Part shown: positions 54,016 to 64,000 of the stretch, in pieces
How the letters are laid out: every line of letters starts with the position of its first letter
How positions within the stretch are numbered: position 1 is the stretch's first letter
Assembly (NCBI GenBank): GCA_951406725.2
Contig: OX597828.1
Coordinates: 59,458,001 to 59,522,000 of the forward strand
Direction: 5' to 3'
Origin: Octopus vulgaris
Taxonomy: Eukaryota
Length of the DNA: 64,000 nucleotides
Program-made: the position numbers and the translations under genes
Notes under the pieces: generated by a model
Database searches by the model: none
Told to the model about the DNA's origin: nothing
Seen by the model: only the letters and a program-made list of their open reading frames with translations

Positions 54016-54879
54016 GTATATTAGATATTCTTGTAAGTGTGGTGGTACCCTTGCACCCTGAATGTATATCAGATATTCTTGTAAGTGTGGTGGTACCCTT
54101 GCACCCTGAATGTATATTAGATATTCTTGTAAGTGTGGTGGTACCCTTGCATCCTGAATGTATATTAGATATTCTTGTAAGTGTGGTGGTACCCTTGCAC
54201 CCTGAATGTATATTAGATATTCTTGTAAGTGTGGTGGTACCCTTGCACCCTGAATGTCTATTAGATATTGTTGTAAGTGTGGTGGTACCCTTGCACCCTG
54301 AATGTATATTAGATATTGTTGTAAGTGTGGTGGTACCCTTGCACCCTGAATGTATATTAGATATTCTTGTAAGTGTGGTGGTACACTTGCACCCTGAATG
54401 TATATTAGATATTCTTGTAAGTGTGGTGGTACCCTTGCACCCTGAATGTATATTAGATATTTTTGTAAGTGTGGTGGTACCCTTGCACCCTGAATGTATA
54501 TTAGATATTGTTGTAAGTGTGGTGGTACCCTTGCACCCTGAATGTATATTAGATATTGTTGTAAGTGTGGTGGTACCCTTGCACCCTGAATGTATATTAG
54601 ATATTCTTGTATGTGTGGTGGTACCCTTGCACCCTGAATGTATATTAGATATTGTTGTAAGTGTGGTGGTACCCTTGCACCCTGAATGTATATTAGATAT
54701 TGTTGTAAGTGTGGTGGTACCCTCGCACCCTGAATGTATATTAGATATTGTTGTAAGTGTGGTGGTACCCTTGCACCCTGAATGTATATTAGATATTCTT
54801 GTAAGTGTGGTGGTACCCTTGCACCCTGAATGTATATTAGATATTGTTGTAAGTGTGGTGGTACCCTTGCACCCTGAAT
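54016..54879. repeat. 48-bp minisatellite, ~18 copies
   Basis: Unit GTATATTAGATATT(C/G)TTGTAAGTGTGGTGGTACCCTTGCACCCTGAAT, head-to-tail with no spacers. Confidence 0.98.
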
Positions 54880-56290
54880 CTGCAAACTGATTTGTCATGC
54901 ATCCCACTGCCGCAGAAGGATTCAGTTGGTATCTCTTTTCATAGAATCTGTTTATGTCAGTTATGAAGTATCCATAATTTCTGACGATAAGTCTTATGTA
55001 GGGGATACGTCTTATGTAGGACAGAGGAAGGGTAATTTATCCTGCAAACGATAAGTGCAGTCACATGTAACAACTACCAGACGACTAATTTAAGAAATGA
55101 AATATCTAAAATCATGAATAACTGAGGCGCATCATAATGAACGATTACGATATGCCCATCAGCTCCGATGGAAGGCCTGAGAGATAACGCCAGACCCAAG
55201 AGATGAAACCTTACAGGGCCGTATCAGCAGGAAACGTAATAAAAAACGTTAGAAGGTCTGAGTTATCTTGAAATAACAATATTTTAACAAATTTCTCTAA
55301 GGTGAGGGGTGTATTTAGTGTGACATAAACAATAGAAATCCCTGATAAAACTATCTTTAGGAAACTGAATGTTCGAGAAACTCGGTGAGGTTGGTGTTTA
55401 TTACTTTTCATCTGAAGAAACATTAGTAGTAATTAGTATTCGATGCGATATACAAAAGCATAGTAAACAAAAACGTTCTAGATGACGATCGATGTAGGTC
55501 TGACTTCAATCAAGAATTCTCCACAAGCTCAGTGATATGATTGTTCATGGGATATGATTGTTCCACATCGTATGGATGTATAATTTGGAACAATGTTGAC
55601 TTTGACCCGCACCCGTTTTTCTCAGTTTGTGGATCAGGAGTGAATGGAATTGGCAGAGCTCCAGTCTGTTAGCTATTTTCAAGGAAAGGTTCAGGCTGTA
55701 CTTATTTCTCTGTTATAAAACATAAGCAGGTTGCGTTGCCTTGAGTAGACTGATAAAATATGGGAGCCGAGATGGTCATGTAATAATGAAATCTGGATAT
55801 GAAACTGCCCCAAGTTAAAGAAATGTGAGAAAAGTAACCAAAATGTTAGATTTTCGATTAATTTTCTTATTAAATCATAATAACTGCGTGAGACAAGAAT
55901 GTATCTCATGTTCACATGAGTCAAACACATACAACAGAGATTAAAGAGTGAAGAAACAGTGTTTCTATTTGATGTAATATATTTTCCTGTCTTCTTTGAA
56001 ACATGAATATTTAAAATATATCTCAACCAGACTAATTGCTTTCCATTCTAATATTGTATAATTTAATATCATCTTTTTTATTATTTGAACTGGTGGACAA
56101 TATTTCTTATAGACAGTCAGAAAAATTAACAATAAATTTACAGAAGAAATTTTATAAAGGCAAACACAAAGACATTTGCAAATATACACATACACACAAA
56201 TACAAAAATGCAAAGAAGTTTGAAGATTACGCATACATTGAAATCTAGTGTGTCAGTAATGTATAAAAAATTTATGATTATATACTATTC

Positions 56291-56322
<32 letters not shown>

Positions 56323-56687
56323 AGTGGAGAATATTGTTTAGTATTTAATATAATCATTATAATAGGAAATATTTTTTCAGTGAAGAAAAACATGTTAGTA
56401 CTTGTATTTGAGATTAATGACATATAATAAGATGTTTATTGATTTTTTAGAAGTCTATATATTTGAAAAGAAAAGTTAATCTGCCATGAACCTCTATTAT
56501 TCCTTATTTCTAATTATAGAATATGCAAACGTCATTCGTGGAAATCTCATCAAATAACAAAATTAATGCATTGATGCGAAAAAAAACAAATGCTTTATCA
56601 AAACAACAAATATTTCATCTTTAAGGCCCAGGGTTTCAGGTAGTTATAAAGTTTATTTCATTTAATGTTTCTTTATATCACATTTGT

Positions 56688-57173
56688 TATTTCTTTATTG
56701 CCCGCAAGGGGCTAAACATAGAGAGGACAAACAAGGACAGACAAACGGATTAAGTCGATTATATCGACTGAAGTGCGCAACTGGTACTTATTTAATCGAC
56801 ACCGAAAGGATGAAGGACAAAGTTGACCTCGGCGGAATCTGAATATAGAACGTAACGGCAGACGAAATACCGCTCAGCATTTCGCCAGGCGTGCTAACAA
56901 TTCCTCTAGCTCGCTGCCTTTAAAAATAGACAGGCGAAATACCTATTTTTTTACTACCCACAAGGGACCAAACACAGATAGGACAAACAAGGACAGACAA
57001 ACGGATTAAGTCGATTGTATCGACCTCAGTGCGTAACTGGTAGTTATTTAATCGACCCCGAAAGGGTGAAAGGCAAAATTGACCTCGGTGGAATTTGAAC
57101 TCAGAACGTAACGGTAGACGAAATTCCGCTAAGCATTTCACCCGGCGTGCTAATGTTTCTGCCAGCTCGCCGC
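56688..57173 (-). mobile_element. Head-to-tail SINE dimer (GGCGAGCTGGCAGAA family) with Tx1-like tails and one 17-bp TSD
   Basis: Two monomers at about 56688-56919 and 56944-57173. CTTTATATCACATTTGT is repeated at 56671-56687 and 57174-57190. Confidence 0.88.
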
Positions 57174-57188
57174 CTTTATATCACATTT

Positions 57189-57450
57189 GTGAAGACACTT
57201 GGCTTACTGATAAGAGCATTCGGCTCACGGCCGTAAGGTTGCGAGTATGATTCCCGGGTTCACGTTGTATCCTCTGCAAGACACTTTATTTCACGTTGCT
57301 CCAGTTCACCCAGCTGACCAAAATTATTATTGCCTGTATTATACGTGTCTGTGGCGTGCTCAACCACTTGTACGTTAATTTCACGATCAGGCTGTTTCAT
57401 TGATCGGATCGATTGGAACACACGATGTCGTAATCGACGGAATGCCAGTC
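57189..57450 (+). mobile_element. Old tRNA-derived SINE
   Basis: Degenerate A box (TGGCTTACTGAT) and B box (AGTATGATTCCC), followed by a GCAAGACACTTTATTTCAC core-like segment. Confidence 0.6.
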
Positions 57451-59637
57451 ATACCCCATATGTACAAGTACATGCATCCACTCGCGCTGACGAACACATG
57501 CGCATACACACACATACATATGCACACACATAATATATTACGTATTAAGACGCGTGTATGTGCATAATATAATGTTCTTTACATTAAATCTAAATTTTTA
57601 GTCGCCATATTCGCATATAAATACAACTACAAGGCACTTGTAAACACTGGTCCCCTTTGAGACAATCTCCTCGTGGCGATAAAAAAAGGGAGATTGGTGT
57701 AATCAGTTTTAATCCCATTTGGATTACATTTGAGACTTGAAAACCCATTTGTAACTGTCCATAATGATATTGCATGTATAGCCTCCGGAATTCAGATTGT
57801 CATGAAATCGGAGATTCGTATTTGCATTATTTATGTGCTGCTGAAAGCTAGTTCAAATCCTAAATTATTGACTCATTAATCAGTGTGTGTTTTGATGCTA
57901 TAATATACTTTAGAGTAAATATTATCTTGTAAGCGACACTATGTGCATATATTATTTAGTGTAAATACGTCAGACAATTCACAACCATTACTATTCTTAT
58001 ACATTTCCGTTGTGAATAGAAAAAATATAAATCTATATCAGACTGAGTAATGAATCTTTATATTACGAATGTCCCGATTGTGTTCATTAGAATACTTTCA
58101 ATAAAATACACTTCGTTACGTTAAAACCCAACCACAAAGGCAAGAAGTATTTATTTAATATCGAACTGACTTGCTGTGTTTAATTCTATTCGTCTAGCGC
58201 GAAAAAGTTTCTCCTTGACAGACTACAGGGAATGGCTTTCTTCAATGTTTAATCCTTTCTTAACTTAACGAAAATTTAGCCATTTATACTATGCAAAACT
58301 TTTAGTCTTCAGTCTATTATTTTAAGAGAGACCTCTCTGCTCAACACTAGAATTATTCTCACACTTACCAATGGATATATAAACAAGCATTCACAAACCT
58401 CACCTAATTTCTAGCCGTATTGATATTAAATTATCAAAGACCATTCTTCTTTCTCAATAGAGAATTGTCTTAGAAATAGAGAGGGTAATGTCTTGCAGTC
58501 ATTTTGATACTAGTTCCATTGCCTTCGATTTTGGTAAAATCAAATACATTGAAGACTGCGGATAAAACTTCACGGAAAATGCAAGCACAGTAAAAAAATT
58601 ATAACGAAAGCCGAACTACGCATAAAATACATTACTGGGAACGAATTTCCTCTATCTATACAAACTGCTATTAAAAGCCTTTTTCAAACATAAGGTATTA
58701 TATTACAATTAATCATAAAATAGTATTAACGATATATTACAAAAAAAAAAACAGAAGCTAAAACTCACCTTATCAGCAATAAACCACAAAATTGCATACT
58801 TAAATTTAATTAATAAGTTTGATAATTAATAAATTTCATTAGTAAACTTTAGTTGAATAACCTTGGGTTAATTTAATTTTGCACATTCATTTGAGTTTAC
58901 GAAAATTGCATAACACTGTCAATTACTAAACAACCACACTGGATGATAATGCCTACCGTAGCTGCTCATACGACAGAAAACATCCAGGGAATAATAAATC
59001 AAGCATCAGTTAACATTTTCAATAGATTACCTTCAATACTGAAAAATTAGTCAACGCAAACGTTCCAGGTAAACAAACCGGATAACTCAGCTGTATAATG
59101 CTTGGCTGCTTGACAGAGTACTATGGCCAAGCTCCTAAAATATTTTGTCCAATAATATCTAATACGAAATGACAAAACAACAGCATTCTGGTGATTTTTC
59201 CGCCTAAAATAAGGAAAATGGCAACTAATTCTTTCCATGTGGAAGATGAAAACGGCAGTTTTGATATACAGTCAGATTTGTGAATTGTATTATTTTCAAA
59301 TATGATATGCACTTCTAGTAAGGAAATACTATCTTTCATAAAATTATTAAAATGAATTTATTTTCATCGTTTCGTAACCGAGCAGTCTCAGCTTCGATTC
59401 CATTGCGTCGCAAGTGAGCAACGTCTTTTGAGCAAAATTGGATAGACGGATGTTATATAGAAGACCATCAAGGGAAACGTGCCTATAACTCACATGATAC
59501 GGTGTTGCCTCACGCTATTTCATACTGATTTAATACAAAGATCTCCGTTAAGGGTAGACATATATATATATATATATATATAAGTATGTGTATGTATGTG
59601 TGAGTGTTTATATATGTATGTATTCATATATATATAT

Positions 59638-59960
59638 ACAAGTTGCGTAAGGTATTTGAGAATATAACTGTTTGGCGTCATTGCCTTCATTTTTTGCTAA
59701 CTCTGTATAATGTTTGTTTCAGAAGATAGTAATGGCTGACCCTCAGCTTACTCAAGAAATGAAAAGGTTTGGTGTTATTGTGGTTTTAAAGGTTGAGCAT
59801 AGCGATTTAGGAATATCTAAATTTTTAAAAGTTACCTGATCTTTCGTTTAAAATGTTTGTAAGGAGCTAGACACTGAAGATAGAAACGTATCACCAGTAT
59901 CAAAGCATAAAAGCACTCTAAAAGCTCTGAATTCATCAGAACACCTGAATTCATCCAAGT
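59638..59960 (+). mobile_element. Tc1/mariner-type transposase 5' relic
   Basis: MADPQLTQEMKRFGVIVVLKVEHSDLGISKFLKVT*SFV HTH-like N-terminus, then IRTPEFI. Confidence 0.5.
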
Positions 59961-59974
59961 TCAATATGTATGTA

Positions 59975-60497
59975 CTGGGATGTTCGCAAAGTTCGTGCCG
60001 ATTTATAGTAGCTCACCTTTCGACTTATTTTAGAACATGGTTGAGTTCATGAAATAGGATTTGACGTTATCCCCATTTAGAACACAGTTTAAGCTATCTT
60101 TTCGTGGGAGAAGATTTATGTTCCTATAACATGTGTTAATTCTGTAACCCCTTAAAATGGAAGATAAGAAAGTTCATTTTCGGCACTTGATGTTTAGGAA
60201 CCATCAGCTCGGCTGGGATGTGCTACCCCACCCTCCATATTCACCAGATATTCCTCTTTTCGATTTCCACTTATTCAGGTTTCTGCAGAATAGTCTTAAT
60301 GGTAAAAATTTCAATTCCTTGGATGACGTAAAAAGATACCTTGATGAATTCTTTGCCATGAAACCACCTCAATTCTGGGAAGAAGGTATTTTCAAGTTAA
60401 AGGAAAGATGGAGACGCATTGTGCAACAAAATGGTTCATATTTGAATGATTAAAAATGTAATGGCAAATATTTATTGGCCTTTTTATTTCCTTTTTA
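59975..60497 (+). mobile_element. Internally deleted mariner element
   Basis: TA-CTGGGATGTTCGCAAAGTTCGTGCCGATTT terminus. ORF 60157-60453 joins MEDKKVHFRHLM to LGWDVLPHPPYSPDI...DFHLFR.LQN.L.G...W.....NG.Y. Confidence 0.88.
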
Positions 60498-61559
60498 CAT
60501 AAGTTTAGATGATATGGGATTATTTAACTTATCGTTTAGACTCTAACTTCTGCTCGTGGCTCAATATAAGCTACGTACTCCTTCTCAGCTGACATAATAT
60601 TTCATTATGATTTTATGATTGAATGGTTTCAACATGACCAGCTCAGTATTATACTTAGGAGAAACCTTATGAACTTTCTGTTATTTATTATAGGGCCCAT
60701 TTTTAAGGTTTAACTTTATTTATTTATCGTTTTTCCTCTTTATGGCTCTAAAGTCCCTTTCTAAATTTTAAACTTTATTTTGATTTTCATTGTTGTGATA
60801 CACTTTGTTACCCTCAGTTTTAACTACTCCTCTTAAGGGTTTTGGCCTCTTTTTGTTTTCAACCTTATGCTCCTTTTATATGATAATCTAAATATATTTG
60901 ACTGCCCCTTCTTTTCTCACTTTAGTTATCACTTCCTCCTCCGGGGAGAATATACATTTATTTAATTTATCACCACTAGCAGGAACTTAACTATCAACTC
61001 CCATATGGCTTAATTCATAAGAATTCGAGACAGTATGCCGTGAATAATCGTGGAATTGTAATAATGAAGAATATAAATTTAACTATCTCTCTATTCCTCA
61101 TTCCTGACTCCCATTATTCCATAATGCTAATCTAAATCATAATAGGCTGTAGTATTTACTGAATGCATTCTGCCACAGAAATAGCAGGGAAAAACAATGT
61201 AATTATTTTGGTTGCTAGTACCGATGTAAATTGCTTTAAAAATAGTTTATTCTTTATGTTGGAAATTCATATGGTTGGATGCTTTCAAATTACTGTAATG
61301 GTTCCATTGCTCGATAAAATGGAGCCCCTTGAAACGGCCGTAACGCACTGATACATGGACATCCTTCTTACTTATTTGATATATATGTATACATATATAT
61401 ATGCATACATACATACATTTATACATACATACATACATACATACATACATACATACATACATACATACATACATACATACATGCATACATACACATGCAT
61501 ATGGTATATTTCTTCGGAGGGAAAATTTATAGTATAACATTTATAGTTATAAACTCATG

Positions 61560-61960
61560 AATTTAAATAATGAAATAGAATATGTACAAAGTTGGTTAAG
61601 CGTTCAGGAATTAACATATTTACAAAAACCCCGAAAGTGGTTATGAGTTCATATTCAGGCGCTGTTTGTATTTTCTATAAATATATACTCTTTAATTGTT
61701 ATGGTATAGAGAGTGTTTCCTTGAATTGGCAGATGGTGAAAACTGTGAAGTTTGGTTGGAGGTTCATTGTTTGCTCAATGGTATATGTCTGTACTTTGGG
61801 AAAAATTCTGTCCCTTATGCAGTGTAGTTCTCCGTCTAAATGACACTGTTGTTTGGCCTATATAATTGTGTCGACATCCTGAAGAAGTTATCACATAAAA
61901 TAAATTTTCGGGTGCACAAGTGAAATTAGTCTTAATTGTGAATCTCAGTTCTTGTTTGAA
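61560..61960 (-). mobile_element. Penelope GIY-YIG endonuclease fragment
   Basis: FTIKTNFTCAPENLFYVITSSGCRHNYIGQTTVSFRRRTTLHK. Confidence 0.82.
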
Positions 61961-62629
61961 GAACCGCACGTACACACACATATACACACGCACACATACG
62001 CACACATACATACGCACGCATACACAAAAACCTACGTACATATGCACACATATACACACGGACATATATCTCACACACGCACATACAGACGGATTACACG
62101 CACACACACAACCTCACACACAACCCCACGCACACACACGCACATACACACACGCGCATGCACAGACACATACACACTCACACAACATATACATACACGC
62201 ATACACATACAAACGCGCCCACACACTTCAAACTGATAATCAAGCACATCTCTACTGATCATTCCTCTATGCACATGTGAAGAGAGCCACAACTGCATAA
62301 AAGACCACCAATCCTGTTACCATGCTGCTGAATTCTTTCTACAACATTAAGAGACACATAGTTCACCAACACATACACATATAAACAGCTAACACAATAA
62401 AAACACCATACACACAAAACATGCTATTACATACACATACACACACACTTGTGCGCAGGCACAACTCACGCATACACATAGATACGTCCTCCTCTTACAC
62501 TCTCCTCTCTTAGAAAGAAGTTTTTCTCTATCCATTTCCTTCCAGTCATTTGAAAATGTAACCACATGTGGTTCGTTGGCGAATTTTTTTCTTCCGTCTT
62601 CCTTTTCTCTTGGACTTTCCACCGGCTCC

Positions 62630-62666
62630 TGTTTCTGATGAAGAGCTTTGCTCGAAACGTAAACAA
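62630..62666 (+). ncRNA. Minimal hammerhead ribozyme motif in a Penelope-like pLTR fragment (about 62480-62770)
   Basis: GTTT-CTGATGA-A-GAGC-TTT-GCTC-GAAAC-GTA-AAC: core plus 4-bp stem II and palindromic ACGT stem III. Confidence 0.65.
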
Positions 62667-62978
62667 CATTTCTTTCCTTCCCTGAGCGTTTGCTAATACT
62701 TTCCATATACCACATGCTCGCGTTGTTGTTCTTTTCCTTTTTTGTTTGTTCTTCGTTTTTTGGTGGGGATTTACTATGTATATATATATATATACACATA
62801 TACATATATATATACATACACATATACATATATATGTATATGGATGTATATACACGCATAAATTTAAATAATAACGGTAAAATATGAATATTAATTTGAT
62901 TAATATCAATTTAAACCCGTGGCCTAGCATATTGAAAAATCTGAAGATTCATCAAAATTATATTACATACATATAAGA

Positions 62979-63324
62979 GGGATGACCACTAAGTGGACAT
63001 CCAATATGCTAGATGTAGACTCCATATGGTGTGAACACTAAGAAAAAATTATTCTCAAGAAAATTCAGCAAACGCCAGAACATAAGCGAGCAAGACGAAT
63101 GAAAAGATACAAAATATAATGATTAATGACATATCAGATTTCATTGTTACCACGTACATATTTACATACGTAAATGTCCGCAAGTCATCAGTCTTTTCAT
63201 TCGTCTTGAATGATTACATTCTGGCGTGCGTTTGCTGAATTTTCTTGAAAACAATCTCTTCTTAGTAGTCAGACCATATGGGGTCTACATCTAGCATATT
63301 GGATGTCTACTTGGTGCTCATCCC
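62979..63324. repeat. ~52-bp inverted repeat pair
   Basis: GGGATGACCACTAAGTGGACATCCAATATGCTAGATGTAGACTCCATATGGT pairs with ACCATATGGGGTCTACATCTAGCATATTGGATGTCTACTTGGTGCTCATCCC. Confidence 0.85.
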
Positions 63325-64000
63325 GTAGTTGATGGAGTCCACTCAAGCCCAGCAAAAGTCACCAGCGGTGTCCCCCAGGGGACTGTCTTGGGTCCGCTAC
63401 TCTTCATAATATACATAAACGACCTTTCCAGTGTCGTACATTACTGCAAAGTGAAAATGTTTGCTGATGACACCAAGCTCCAGCAAATCGTCAATGAAGA
63501 AGCAGACCGAACTCAACTCCAGTCTGATCTATATGCTGTGAGTCAATGGGCAGACAGAAACAAAATGCAACTGAACGAGGGAAAATTTGAGCTGATGCAT
63601 TTTGGAAGAAACTCCTCACTAAAACAGCCATAATCTCTTCCTTCAGGGGAACCGCTCACAGCCTCTAACAATATCAGAGACCTGGGTGTAGTTGTTGATG
63701 ACGATCTCAGTTGGAGTGCACACATCAACAAGAAGGTCGATATAGCTCGTAGGATGAGTTCCTGGATCTTAAGAACTTTCCGGTCCAGAGAACAAGGTGT
63801 CATCATACCACTTTTTTCCTCCTTTGTACGGCCACACCTTGAATACTGCTGCCCACTGTGGTCTCCTCACACAAGACAAAACATCTCCAGAATTGAGTCA
63901 CCCCTGAGGGCACTCACTAAACGCATTGAAGGCATGGCTGCTCTCGATTATTGGGATCGCCTTAAAGCCTTGAAACTTTACTCTCTCCAGCGTCGCCGTG
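63325..64000 (+). mobile_element. CR1-clade LINE RT region (5'-truncated, continues past the window)
   Basis: VTSGVPQGTVLGPLLFIIYINDL, MFADDTKL, IRDLGVVVD, FVRPHLEYCCPLWSP and LYSLQRR; one in-frame stop at 63631-63633. Confidence 0.93.

Noticed and set aside
54016-54879. CRISPR-like array
   Set aside because: Units are contiguous with no unique spacers, no cas genes are present, and the context is eukaryotic.

Overview
AT-rich, microsatellite-dense eukaryotic DNA with no confidently identifiable host gene. The SINE families and repeat landscape resemble an Octopus (cephalopod) genome; this is inferred from recognition, not from a search. The window is a patchwork of transposable elements: three near full-length Tx1-clade (L1-group) non-LTR retrotransposons, R4/Dong, RTE, CR1 and possible Hero fragments, Penelope remnants with hammerhead ribozyme cores, Tc1/mariner relics, Helitrons, MITEs, several tRNA-derived SINE families and a 48-bp minisatellite. 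The most notable system is a Tx1 family whose two copies (3071-7397 and 23511-28089), plus a truncated sibling (28550-28707), all sit inside (TATC)n/(GATA)n arrays. The two long copies share the same in-frame ORF2 deletion, which fuses half an endonuclease to half a reverse transcriptase. A SINE dimer at 56.7-57.2 kb carries a 3' tail resembling that Tx1 3' end. Together these suggest a microsatellite-targeting LINE, a non-autonomous derivative and a partner SINE. All family assignments come from motif recognition by eye, and coordinates of degenerate elements are approximate.
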